DNA from: Takakia lepidozioides
Taxonomy: Eukaryota; Plantae; Bryophyta
Length of the DNA: 64,000 nt
Direction: 5' to 3'
Assembly: GCA_030704615.1 (NCBI GenBank)
Contig: CM060731.1
Span: 20,770,001 to 20,834,000 of the forward strand
Shown one piece after another: positions 27,631-40,271 of the stretch. Position 1 is the first letter of the stretch; every line of letters begins with the position of its first letter. The notes beneath the pieces are model-generated. The model worked only from the letters and a program-made list of their open reading frames with translations. It searched no databases and was not told where the DNA came from. The translations under genes and the position numbers were made by a program.

Positions 27631-28607
27631 TGTCGAGCGGCTTTTACTCACCCATCCCTTCACTATCCAAGGTGGAAACTCCAAGATAGAAGAATTGGAT
27701 ATCTCTAAGCACTCAGCCCGCTCAGAACAATCAGTCATGACCTATAGCTACTGTATCATGGGGGTACTTCCTATTTGTATTCCTTCTCACATTCATATTA
27801 GCAAGTTACCTTACTGTCTATGTTTAAATATCAGATTGCTTCAGCAATCTACCAGGTTCTAATCACTCATCCATTCATTCCACAGCTTCACTCAGGTCTC
27901 TCTACACAATGTGAGTATGGAATATGTATCAGATTAATATCTATCAAGTATCAAACCAAAGCCATGGTGTCTCTAGTCTGCTCTACAGTACAACTCTACA
28001 GCTTGCATGAATCAAGCATCAACAGTCTGTTTCTCCTCCTTCACTGCGCTCTCCATCCCTCAGCTCCAGATCGTCCTTCTCTTCCCCGATGACCAAGTCG
28101 TGATCCCCAAGAAGTGTCTCTCCCTGTTGTTACTCTGCCTATTCTACCTGCAAGCTGTTCTAACTGCCTAACTAACTAACTGTCATCCAGACAGAATGCA
28201 CGTTCCCTCTGCAAATGTCGTTCCCTACCGCTAATAACCGTCCCTGTGAATGCTGTGATGGGCTGTGCCAAACTGTGTCGGGCTGTGACTGTGCCAAGCT
28301 GTTATTGGCTGTGTCAGACTGTGTCGGGCCGTGATAGACTGCGATAGGCTGTGACAAGCTGTGTCCGACTGTGTAAGGCTGTGTCAGGCTGTGACAAGCT
28401 GTGTCCGACTGTGTAAGGTTGTGTCAGACTGTGACAAGCTGTGTCAAGCTGTGTCTAACTGTGTAAGGCTGTGACTGACTGTGTAAGCCTGTCTACCACC
28501 CCTAAGGCCTGTGTTGGTCTAAGTCTATTATCCATAAGTCTGCGCAAAACATAAGGGTACCCCACAGAACCCGTAAAATTGTCTAAGTCCTAGACAACCC
28601 TCTAACA
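27631..28607 (-). repeat. 3' LTR of host element (977 bp)
   Basis: On the minus strand it begins TGTTAG, 3 nt after the PPT, and ends CGACA. It contains a low-complexity CTGTG/GTC tandem tract at 28250-28490. Confidence 0.9.
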
Positions 28608-28610
28608 TTA

Positions 28611-28624
28611 TCCCTCCTCCTCTC
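28611..28624 (-). promoter_or_regulatory. Polypurine tract of host element
   Basis: GAGAGGAGGAGGGA just upstream of the 3' LTR. Confidence 0.85.
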
Positions 28625-28831
28625 AAAAAGCCGTGTCTTCACGGTTTACTGTTTAGGATCAGCAAACCTTTGTGAACGAGGACCCTTCTGTCGGTGAGAG
28701 TCTCGTGGAGGACTCTGTGTGTGAGCCCGAGCCCTGTCACTGGCTGGTGGAGATGACTGTCCACCAAATACAAATGATTGCCCTTCCTTTGCTTGATAAG
28801 GAGGTAACTTCTCAGGCATAGGAGATCCCCG

Positions 28832-31800
28832 TCATTTCTTCTCCGCCATTTGTACTGCATAGTCCTCAGCCATGTCAAAAGGTTCCTCCATAGAACCAGT
28901 AGTATCAGAATCATCTCCCCCCCGGTTGCCTTTCAGTGCTCTGACCTTCTGTGGCATCTCAGGAATCCTGCGTGGCATACAGTGTTTGCCCACCATGTCT
29001 GGAAGGTTAAACTTTAAAACTTGCATCAATCTCTTGCGAGCAAAATTAGTGTACTCCTACAGCTCCTTGTCTGTATAGGTGAGGGGTGTGCCAATGACAT
29101 TAGAACAGTGTAACCATTTCCTGGCTTCATGTCCCTTAGAAAAAATGTGGTCAAGACCCAAGTTTTCTTTGGCCAAGTTGTCCAAAGCAAAATTGAACCA
29201 AGAACGAAGTTGGGGATCCTTCTGCAGCATGATCTTCACATCATACAGATATGTATGGGATGGAACTGAAGGTAACACCCAATGATCCTCAGACTTGGAA
29301 TAAGTCTGAAATCTGCATCTTTTGCTGCTCAACGTGATAGCGTGAAATGAAACAAGCAGCATAGTAGAGTCCACAACCCATGGCCAAACTAGGTACCTCC
29401 TTGGTCTTGGTGTAGATGTACCCATGAACAATCTGGAAGGCAATTAATTCCTTCAGCATGGTGCCTGCCTCAGACCAGTACCTTGCAAAATGGTGATCTT
29501 CAATGGGTCGGTTGGTCGGAAGAACCTTAGTCCGAGTTGCCACTGGCAACCAAATGCGCATGATCTGGTAATAGTGTGCCAAAGACTCTAGAGGACTGAA
29601 TTCTTTCCAAGCCAAATCCATAACAATGGGAATTTGGTTGAAGGGCATAATCATAGCCCGATTGTACTCAAGTGCAGCAGGAGTCTTAGGTGGGTTAAAA
29701 GAAGCATCCCCCCACTTCAGATTGCTGCAATGCCATGGTATCAACAGTGTGGACCTATTGTGGTTGTTGTGATATTGGCGCCACTGTCCCTCCTGTTGTT
29801 GGCAAGTCATGTACCTCCTGTGATGAAGATTGGAAAATCAGAGTCCGCGCATGCAAATAAGCAGCCACCAGCTGTCCCTCAGGAACAAAGGCTCTTTTGT
29901 CAATGTTGGAGCTCAAGTCATCCACTTCAGTCTGCAGCCCCTCTACATCGTCCTGCAACTCAGCTATCCGACTATAGACATTATCTATAGTGGTTTTGGC
30001 AATGTTCTGGACCTGTAGCCTGAGATCATTCATCTCATCTTGGGTGAGCTTTCTTGGTGCCTTCCCTTCCACTGGCCCTTGTGTTAACCATTTTTGCAAA
30101 AGATGATTATCTACCAAGTCCTGTGTAGCACCACGGAGATTCTGCTCCTCCTTGAGTCTATATGTTTCCAACTGCTGCTGTAAACTCTCCATGCGCTTCG
30201 CATGAGGTTCAACCAAAGCTGCATAGGCAGCAGACATATTATTGGCTTCCTTCCAGGCTTTGTTAGTCACTGAGAACTCATTCTTTCGTGCTGTGAGTGT
30301 TTGCTGCAACTCAAGGATGTACCTATCTTTCTGAGCTTCAACCTGATTGTACTGTTGAAAGGTATCCCCATTGCGACGGATAGTAGCCTTCAAGTCAGCA
30401 ATGAGTTTTGCCTGCTCCACTGACTCAGCCTCCACCATTAAACATCTCTCAGCTTGATTCTTAACTTCTAATGCAGTCAGCTCCAGAGTAGTTGTTAGTG
30501 TGGCATATTGGATGGTCATTTTCTGATGAACTGCCTCCAACTCTGTATGAAGCAACTTCACTTCCTGCAATTTTCCCTCATGCTTCACCTACAACTGGTA
30601 TAGCTGTTGCTTGTGTACTTCATGCAACTTCTCCTGCCCCAGACCTGCTTCAATCAGGTTTTCCTTCGCAAGCTATAGAGCAGATTGAGTGTCCTCCAAC
30701 TCTTTCTGCAACTTAAGGTTGTCCTCCATATCCACTTTATTTGCACACTCAGTGGCAATTCTTGCCTCAAACTCTTGCTTGAGCTCCTCCCTCAATGCTG
30801 CCAATTGTGTGGAAGGAACATGAGATTTCACATAGGTGCCCAACAAATTAAGTGTCCTGCTTATGGAACTCATAAGCATGGCCTGCTGTGGGTCTTCATG
30901 GAGAACTTGTTGCTGTTCTCCCTGATCCTCCACAGTTTGATGTTTCACAAACCAGTCAGGCCATGATCCCACATGATCTTCTTCTTGAGCAACCTCATCC
31001 TCCACAGGTGCTGTAGTGCCCTTGCACTCTACCCCTTTAACCTTTGCCACAGGTTTGGGCATAACTTGCACAACAGGGATTTCCTTGGGCAGACTCTGCA
31101 TCGTTGGTACTATTGGTTCTCCGACCATGCCAAAGTTTTCATAGAGAAGGTCACCCTTCTCAATCTCTGTCACTACCTGCTCTGTAGTGGGGATGTCTAA
31201 CCCCTCTCCCTCCACAGCAAGAGGCTCCGGTGTGACAACATGTACAATCTGAGTTACCCCTGGGGCAACCGGGTCAACTGGCTATGGTGGCTGTGGTATT
31301 AAGGTAACTTCTTCCTCCCTCTCCAAAGACCGTGCTTCCAGCCCCCTGTGTTGTTGCTCCTCATCCTGCACAAGAGCTATGGAAACATCATCTTTGTGGT
31401 TTCCTTGTAGCTAGTGGATCTGCCACTACAGTCGTATCCTGCTTCTGTCTCTTGGACTGGTGCTGCCCCTCCAATCCCCCTTCACCTTGTGAAGAGCCCT
31501 GCTCCTCAACTGCAGTTGTGGCTGTCTCAAACACTCCCATCACCTTGCGTTCTCGCGCATTAAGCAAACAAGAGTCAAAGATAATTTGCGCAATTATTGG
31601 GCCAGACACAATGATCGGGGACTTAGCAGTAGTATTTTGTAACCGCTTCATCTCCTCCACCAAACCATTGTATATCATCTCTGCACAAGCTACATCCTGT
31701 CCTCTCAAGGCTTTCAGTACCTCCTCCATGAAAGATCTGCTAAGGTACTGTTGGTTCTGTTTCATGGCAAACAGAATGTTCAGTATTTGGCCAATTTCCC

Positions 31801-32602
31801 TCAACTCTGGATACTCGGCCTTAGTGCAGATGAATCTCTGGTTCCTAAAGAAACTCGTTTATTGGAACAGATCCCCTATTTGCAATCTTGTCTTGTGCTC
31901 ATCCACATTTACATGACCAGATGGCAATTCAAACAGTTGTTGCAAGTACTGCGGAGTAATCTCTATATCTACTCCCTTCACCTGAGTAACTCCTGTCTGA
32001 GGCTCAAAGTTTTGAATGAATTGGATTATCAACCCCCGATGATGCAAAGACCACTCTTTGCGTAACAACCCTTCCAAACGCAGCTCCCTCAGCAGCTGCA
32101 CTGCATGTGGCGTAGCAATTGTCTGCTTCTGTAGAATCGTGGTGCTCTTCACCGTGAGATCCTCCATCCCTCTAATTCTCTTCATCCCAGACAGACAAGA
32201 GGGCATTGTTTGAAATAGCTGTAGGAAAGCTTGCAGGGCGTAAAGCATGAAAGTATGGTTGGCACAAAATGGAACGGGTAAGTGAGTGTAAGCCTGTGGG
32301 GCTTGCAAATAGTGAGTGAGAGAGAATGTACTTTCAACCCGTCCGTCCTTGCGCCACTGCGTAAGAAGTAAAGCTAGCATATAGTTTGTGATATCCGCCA
32401 TAGCTACAAAGCTATAGCTTTGATTGCCCCTCCCGTCGAGACGCTGGTTATCCGGAGCAACCCCTACTCTTCCGCTCATAACTTTTTTAATTTCTTGTTC
32501 TTGTTTCTTGAATGGAATCACTTGCATAAAATTCACGTTCCTGATTGGTCGTTTCCTCAATGGGTAATTTCTCAATTTTACCCTCATCTGTTCACATTCC
32601 AA
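28832..32602 (-). pseudogene. Long additional sense ORF between pol and the 3' LTR (fragmented; coiled-coil-rich)
   Basis: Chain of same-strand ORFs 31859-32602, 31388-31804, 30673-31215, 29755-30588, 29289-29810 and 29057-29443. The segment LIIQFIQNF...QVKGVDIEITPQYLQQLFELP resembles plant retroelement extra-ORF domains. Confidence 0.65.
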
Positions 32603-33169
32603 GTTGGAATGCCCACTCCTTCTTTGCCGAACGCGGAAAGGGTTCCGTTACCTGTCCCTTGGATTGATTAATGGGCCCGTAATTAGTTTCGGCTGAGGTA
32701 CCGAGTAGGTTCTTTGACGGCCCTGTTTGTCTTCTTGCATGATGGCACCCGCTATTGCAGTACATGCAATGTGGAGTGCTTTGCCTCTTAGGCCACGTGT
32801 TTGAATTCAAACACTCTCCCGTCTCCTCTGTCCGCGTGGCATATTCTCCGAGTTTGACTTCCAAGCTGCCTTTACACTCACCGGCCACTTTTCTGACGTT
32901 AACCCGCGTCCACCTGTCACTGACCCTATGGACTGTGCAACCTGTGTGGGCTGTGTTGGGTTGTGACAGGCTGTGTCAAACTGTGGTGAGCTGTGATATG
33001 TTGTGTCAAACTGTGGTGGGTTGTGATGGCTGTGTAAACACCCGTGTTTCCTGCTAAGGCCATACACATTCGGCTTTACGACAAGTGCTTCATGCTCCGT
33101 TGGTGTTACCGGTGTAATCTGTGACTGCATCTGTGTTTCAAGATGCAAATCATGCTGCAATGGTTTATC

Positions 33170-33510
33170 ATGGATACCACTGTATCCCTTCAACTTATTG
33201 GCATTAACTCTACCAAACCTCTTTGTTCATGGTTTGTAACATGGCTGTGTTGTTATCATACATCTTCTGTATGACATAAGGCCCTTTCCATGGTGACTTA
33301 AGCTTAGAAGCTTTAATCTTTCCCTTCTTCTGCAACCACAGTACCAAATCACCCGTCTTAAAAGTCTTCAATTTACCTTCATCAAACTGATCCTTCATCT
33401 TCATCTGAATTTTGGTCATGTTATCTGCTGCATCAGCACGTACTTCTTCCACATGATATAATTCATGTTTCCTTACTTTAATTGAATCCTCCAATTCCAT
33501 TCTCCTTCCC
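33170..33510 (-). pseudogene. Host integrase C-terminus (GPY motif)
   Basis: FKTGDLVLW...KLKSPWKGPYVI...NN...RVNANKLKGY. Confidence 0.88.
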
Positions 33511-33513
33511 CAT

Positions 33514-36500
33514 TCAGCAGTGTTGCTAGATGCAGCTGCAGTGGGGTCACGGGCTCATCGCCCACGACTATGGTGGACCAACTTGATACCACATGCATTG
33601 CTCAAGCGTGCATTTGATGGGGTGCAGCGGCCACCAAACATGACGGTGGATAGCATTTTGGACATAGGGAGGCAGTTTCAGCGTGTGAGACACGATGACC
33701 GATCATCTTTGGCAGTGGTCAATAAGGTGGGTCACCCACAAGCAGCATTGCCTACACTACTCAGCTTTCCAGGATCTCGTGCTTTCCGGGATGGTGGACC
33801 TGGCCTCTTGTGGGATAGCCAGTTGCAGCAGTTAGTGGAGCCCAATGCTGACGAGCGTGAGCGGGCAATGGGTTTTACCACTGGTACCACGGCGGTGCCA
33901 TCTCTTTCTGAGGCATCACATCGTCAGGTGTTGGGGCAAGCCATGGATCTCAATTGCTTGACCTGGATTATCAGCTTGGCTATGGCTGAGCAGCGCAGAG
34001 TATGGAGTACACTTCCCTTGATAGTCTCTCTACCTACCGAGACAGTACAGGCAGCGAGTGGGGGCGAACAGGTGAGGACCACGAGGTGCAGGCCGCATCC
34101 ATGGCACACGTGGGAGGTGCTCGAGGTTCAGAAGGAGTTGGCAGCCAAGGCGGCGGTGATGGATGAGGTTGGGGATTTTTCTCGGGTTGAGGAGGTCCTT
34201 AAGGATGGGATGATGGGGCAGGATGAGACATTGTCACTGACAGAGCAGGTAGTGGTCACTGCTCAAGAGGTTGCAGCATAGCAACCACGAGACGCGTCTT
34301 CTACCTCTAAGTCTACTGGACTCAAGGTTGCAGTCATGGAGGACAACTGGGAGCCTGATATTGGACTCATAGTCACCGGAGGAGAGAGACGACGTATATG
34401 GCGGTTCTTGAGGGCTTATAGGAACTGCTTTGCCTTCAGTTTGAAGGACTTGGGAGCACTGAAGGGTCAAGAGATTCACTGACACGCCAATCTTTCGGAG
34501 ACCCTATAGATACAGTGACATGGAAAGGTCCTTGATTCAGATGAGGACTCAGGACCTCTGGGAGGCTGGTTTGGTGGAACTATCTGGTGGAGAGTATGCT
34601 TCAGCCACAGCGATGCCAGCCAAGAAGGATGTCTATGGCAATTGGACAGAGAGACGTATGTGCGGTGATTACCGGCCTGTAAATCATCAGACCAAGTCCG
34701 ATAGGTATGCCATGCCAACACCAGAGGAGATCTTTGATGCCATTGGGCATGCCAAGGTCTTTAGCACTTTGGATTTATGATCCGGATATCACCAGTTGCT
34801 GATCAAGGAGGCGGATAAGCAGAAGACGACATTCTGGGGGATCAATGAGCACGGGAAGGATTGCCTATACCAGTGGCGGTTCTTACCATTTGGGCTTAAG
34901 AACGCTCCTACAGAGTTTCAGAGAGTCATGGACAGGATTCTAGCAGGGGTGGAGTTTGTTCGGTGCTACATAGATGACATCATCATCTTTAGTGCTATGG
35001 TGGAGGAGCATGAGAGACACCTTCAGGTGGTATTTGAGCGCTTGAGGGCGCACGGATTGAAGTTACATCCGGAGAAATGCAAGTTTTTCCACAACCAGAT
35101 TGAGTATCTGGGTCACATGATATATCCTGGAGGATTGGGGGTACATCAGACTAAGGTAGAGGACATTGCACAGATTCCACGCCCCACGGATGTGAGCCGA
35201 GTTCGAGCTTTCATGGGGTTGGCAAACTATTATAGACGGTTTGTCAAGGGATTTAGTGCCATTGCAAAGGCTCTAACCAAGCTGACCAAGGTGGACCAGA
35301 AGTGGCAGTGGGAAGATGAGCAAGAACGAGCTTTCCAAGAGCTCAAGACGAGCTTGACCTCGGCGCCCATCTTGAGACGACCTATCAGGGGGCGTCCCTT
35401 TCAGCTGTATACAGATTGGAGCATGCTGGGGCTTGGAGCGGTGCTCACATAGGTGGATGATGAGGGAAGAGAGTTTGTAGTGGCTTATGCCAGTCGCTCG
35501 AACAACGCTGCAGAGGCTAAGTATAGCTCATATGAGGGAGAGTGCTTAGCTGCAGTGTGGGCCGTGGCACACTTCAGGTGCTATCTATATGGCAATCTCT
35601 TCACCCTTGTCACGGATCACTAGCCACTCAAGTGGTTGATGGAATCAGACAAGCTTACGGGGAAGCTTGCACGGTGGGTACTCATACTTCAAGAGTATGA
35701 CTTTTAGGTTGTGCATCGACCGGGTTTGGTCAATCGGGATGCGGATGGGTTGCAGTCGCAATCCATGCACGAGCCAACAGGATGACACTGGAGCTCGGTG
35801 GCATGGTGAGACGGACGAGGAGATGGTGCCCGTTTGGCATGCATCTGCATTTCTGTGTATCTTGGCAGCGGAAGGCCAGGTTGGACCTACAACAGGGATG
35901 ACTGTAGACCGAGTGTCGGAGGACCCTGAGGCCAGCAATGAGCAAGGTGGCGCCAAAGATATACATGAGGATTCAGCTGTGTTGGACTATCTCTGCACTG
36001 GGGGCACGGCAGCCACTGTGACTGCCAAGGAGAGGGATCGGATCCTACAACGAGCCAAGAGGTTCAAGTGGGAGGGGACACACCTACTCCAAGTGTGGGA
36101 AGATGGTCGAGTGAGGATTGTGCCTCACCCAACCCAGCGGGCACGGTTAGTGCGGTATGCCCATGAGGAGTTGGGGCATTTTGGGGTGCAACGCACTCAT
36201 AGTCTACTGCAGGGATAGTATTGGTGGCGTGGTATGCACACAGAGGTGCAACAATTTGTGGTTAGGTGCATGGTGTGTGACAGGGTGCGTGCTTCATTCA
36301 ACGCCCCTACACCACAATTGCACCCTCTTCCGATCATGGGATTAGGCTATAGGTGGAGTCTTGACTTTGCAGGGCCGTTGCCATTGACCATGCGCCACAA
36401 CAAGTACGTGTTGGTGATGGTGGAGCACTTTTCCAAGTAGATCGAGTTGGTTCCATTGCCTGATAAGGCTAGTGAGGGAGCTGCGTATGCATTCTTGGAT

Positions 36501-37393
36501 TGTGTACTTAGCCGATTCGGTGCTCCAGCTGAGGTACTCACGGACCAAGGGAGAGAGTTCTTGGGGGAGTTTCAGGCGTTGTGTGACAAGGCCTTGGTAG
36601 ACCACCGCACCACTTCTCGGGATCATCATGAGGCCGATGGCTTGGCAGAGAGGGTTGTTCAGACAGTGAAGAGGGGTTTGCGCAAGTATGGCTTGCAGAA
36701 GGGACACCTAGGAGATTGGGACCTTCAGTTACCTTGGTTAGCCATGGGCTACAGGTTCAGCAAGCAAGCATCACTTGTCTCCTTCTCACCATACTTTCTT
36801 CTCTTTGGCCGAGAGCCGGATTTGCTTGCATCCATTTGTAGAGAAGTTGCTACAGTTCTCAACCTTAACGATCCGAACATGTGGGCACGTGCATGTGATC
36901 AGCGTGCAGAGTTGTTCAAAAAAGTCATGCCCATGGCTTTCGAGAACCTTGCCATTGCACAACATCGTGATACGTTGAGGTATGCTACCATACATGGTGG
37001 GGGCTATCGTCCTGGGGTTCGGAGATTTAACCCTGGTGACTATGTTTATCTGCAGCAGACTCCTCCTACGACCTTGGATGTGACTGCAGGACGTACTATT
37101 TTGAGGGTTCGAGAGGTGTTGCCATCAGGAGTCCTGATCTTGGAGGGTCGGGATGGCATGATTTGGAAGGACCATGTGCGTAATTGCGCGCCATGTCACC
37201 TTTCAAATGCTGATGGAAGGGTTGACCCAAACCTGGCAGTGGTACCTGCAAGTTTGAGGTGCGGTCTGCTAGAGGGGCAGCCACCATGCTGGTGTGTGAT
37301 CAATGCTCTAGAGGTTGGCATATGGGATATTTGACTCCACCTCTTGAGATGGTTCCTGATGGGGATTGGTTATGTCCGCATTGCATTGGATAG
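33514..37393 (+). pseudogene. Nested element pol, 3' part (inverted): C5-MTase motifs VIII-X, RT, RNase H, integrase, PHD finger
   Basis: MTase: AHRPRLWWTNL, ERERAMGF, RQVLGQAM. RT: MCGDYR, LPFGLKNAP, YIDD. RNase H: LYTDWS. Integrase: HEELGH...CMVC, LDFAGP, TDQGREF, GLAER. PHD: MLVCDQCSRGWHMGYLTPPL..VP.GDWLCPHC*. Multiple stops and frameshifts. Confidence 0.92.
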
Positions 37394-37642
37394 TGGGAGT
37401 GGATACAACCATGGAAGGCTAACAAGAAATGCAAGGCCAAGCTACTAGGAGACCTTGAACATACAAGATCCTGGCTCAAGTTCATAGATTGCAAGACGAC
37501 GACTAACGATGGGGCTACTCTTGTACCCGGCCTCTTAGTCTATAGAGTTTGAGTACAATAGGGACAGTGATAGAGGACTTAGTACGGCTGTGGCTATTAC
37601 ATCTTGTAGCTATCTGGAGTTAGAGGGACCTATCCACCAACT

Positions 37643-37649
37643 AGGGGGG
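37643..37649 (+). promoter_or_regulatory. Short polypurine tract of the nested element
   Basis: AGGGGGG 4 nt before the TGTGG start of repeat B1. Confidence 0.6.
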
Positions 37650-37653
37650 CGAT

Positions 37654-37738
37654 TGTGGTAGACTACTTTATTGTCCATATATGTGTGGTGTAGTTTGGAC
37701 AGTGATGTAGTTGTGTAGCGATACGTATGCGCACGACA
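37654..37738 (+). repeat. Repeat B1 (85 bp) of nested element
   Basis: TGTGG...GCACGACA; matches 38093-38177 with 4 visible substitutions. Confidence 0.92.
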
Positions 37739-37740
37739 GC

Positions 37741-38089
37741 TGTCAAGTTAAATAAACACAGTGTGAAACTAACTAGAATAAAGCTAGTTATTTGTATTTA
37801 ACACTTGAATTTAGTTCAAGTGTTAAGTCAGGTGTCAAGTTTAGCTTGACACCTGAACCATCTTATATTCACGAGAGTGTCAGTCGTGCGGCTCATCTCT
37901 CTCGAGTTGAGCCTGCACGACCGAGCTCCTTCTCTGCTTAGAATCTGAGTGTGCTTATGAAGGGAGAATATGATGTTGTGGGGTGGAGTCCCCATAGCTT
38001 GGGGTGCCCTTGGCTCGACTCTTAGTTTTAATGAGTGATTGTGTTGTATTGAGTGTTTCTGTGTCAACAGTGTGAATATAGTTTCAATC
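37741..38089 (+). repeat. Repeat A2 (~350 bp) of nested element
   Basis: TGTCAAGTTAAATAAAC...GTTTCAATC; reverse complement of 47336-47685. Confidence 0.92.
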
Positions 38090-38092
38090 TAT

Positions 38093-38177
38093 TGTGGCAA
38101 ACTACTTTATTGTCCATATATGTGTGGTGTAGTTTGGATAGCGATGTAGTTGTGTAGCGATACGTATGCGCACGACA
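38093..38177 (+). repeat. Repeat B2, the 3' terminus of the nested element
   Basis: Ends GACA and is followed by TSD CTAA (38178-38181), after which host RT resumes (KFIYLIEYTTWLSPIVIVPKKNGKLRVC). Confidence 0.92.
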
Positions 38178-38181
38178 CTAA

Positions 38182-40271
38182 GTTCATATACCTGATAGAG
38201 TATACAACTTGGCTATCACCCATTGTGATAGTTCCTAAGAAGAATGGCAAACTGAGAGTGTGTGAACTATAAGAAGTTGAATGCATGTACAAAGAAAGAT
38301 CCCTTTCCTTTGCCATTCACAGAAGCTGTACTGGACACTGTGGCAGGCCATGAGATGTACTCATTCATGGATGGCTTCAGTGGGTATAACCAAGTGCAAG
38401 TAGCGGAAGAAGACCAGGGAAAGACAGCTTTCATCACAAAATGGGGTGCTTATGCATACAAAGTCATGTCTTTTGGACTTTGTAATGCACCAGCAACTTT
38501 CCAGAGAGTGATAAGTGAATCTTTCCATGAGTATTTGGATGATTTCATGCAAGTGTTCTTAGATGACTTCAGTGTGTACAGCTCTAAGAATGAGCACTTG
38601 CAGAAGTTGGAGTTATGTTTGGCCAGATGCAGGATGAGAGGTCTTGGTCTGAATCCAGAAAAAGTGTACTTTCTGTGTGAACTCAGGGGTTACTGGGACA
38701 TATTGTGTGTAAGAAGGGACTGCTTGTGGATCCTAGAAAGACAGAGGCTATTAAAGCCTCACCACCACCAAGTAACGTTAAGGGTCTAAGGAGGTTCCTC
38801 GGACAAACTACTTATTATAGAAGGTTTGTCAGACGGTATGCACAGATGGCAGCTCCATTGAGCAAGCTTCTGAAGAAGGATGCAGTGTTTGCATGGACAG
38901 GTGAATGTCAACAGACATTTGAAGCACTTGCATTGTCAGTAACAACTACACCTGTGCTGATTAACCCTCGCTGGCATGTAGTATTTTATGTATACTGTGA
39001 TGCCTCAGGAGAAGCATTGGGAGCCGTGTTAGCCCAAAATGTCATAGAAAACATAGATTCACCTGTGTATTATGCTAGCAGATTGTTGAACAGTGCTGAG
39101 AGGAACTATAGCACTACTGAAAGAGAAGCTCTGGCAATGATTTATGCAGTCAAGAAATTCAAGCATTACCTATTGGGAAGGAAGTTTATGTTTTACGTGG
39201 ATCATCAAGCTTTGATTTATCTGGTGAACAAGCCTTTGATAAGTGGCAGGATAGCAAGATGGATGATAATCTTGCACGAGTTTGAATTTAAAGTTGTTTA
39301 CAAGCCTGGCCGTTTGCATCTTGTGGCAGATCACTTGTCACGGCTATCAACAGGAGAGGCTGCCACGGGAGTAGACGACCAACTGCCTGATGCGAGTTTA
39401 TTTGCGGTGGAAGTGCAGGGAAATGCAGGGAAGTGCAGATGATTGGTTAGATTGGCAGTGGCCAATCAGATACTACCTTACTCATGGTCAGTGCCCACCC
39501 AATTATGGGAAGGAACAAAGAAAACAAATAGCTATCAAGGCTTTACCATACACTATGATAGGGGGAAGATTGTATAAGCTAGGACCCGATGGAGTTCTTA
39601 AATGATGCTTGTACCACCATGAAGTAAATAAAGTTTTGGAAGAAGTTCATAAAGGAGTGGCTGGAGGTTATTTTGGAGAGGAGACTACCAGTAGAAAAAT
39701 ACTATTTGCAGGTTACTGGTGGCCTACTTTGTTCAAGGATGTACAAAAGTATTGCAAGAGTTGTGATGAGTGTCAAAGGCTAGGACCTTTGCCAAGATCT
39801 GGGAAGATGGCTTTGCATCCTACGATGCCTACTGAACCATTTCAGAAATGGGGACTAGACTTTGTTGGACCAATTAATCCACCAGCCAGGAATACACAGA
39901 ACAAGTGTATAATCACAGCCACTGATTATACTACAAAGTGGGTGGAAGCTAAGGCTCTGAGGGACAACACAGCTAAGTCCACAACAAGGTTCCTATATGA
40001 GAACATACTCACAAGATTCAACTGTCCCCTGGAATTTATCAGTGACCAGGGAGTTCATTTCATCAATGAGACCATAAAACTATTGACTAAAGAGTTCATG
40101 ATTGTGCACAGGAAGAGTACAACCTATTACCCACAGGGCAATGGATAGGCAGAGGCCACCAACAAAATATTATGCACTATCTTGGCTAAGATAGTCAATG
40201 CAAACAGAACAGACTAGGATACAAAGCTGTTGACAACTTTGTGGTCATACAAGACTTCATATAAAGTCACC
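38182..40271 (+). pseudogene. Host RT-RNase H-integrase core (inverted)
   Basis: RT: FLDD. RNase H: YCDASG, YYASR, NYSTTERE. Integrase: WGLDFVGP, SDQGVHF, YYPQGNG*AE. It ends ...WSYKTSYKVT at the breakpoint. Confidence 0.93.

Noticed and set aside
28250-28490. CRISPR-like array (also 32930-33040)
   Set aside because: These are low-complexity ~10-bp tandem units with no unique spacers, in a eukaryotic LTR context.
37654-38177. Ordinary 524-bp 3' LTR (BAB) with a deleted 5' LTR
   Set aside because: The 5' end starts precisely at TGTC of A next to the TSD and restores the host frame, so two exact deletions would be needed. Not fully excluded from a single copy.
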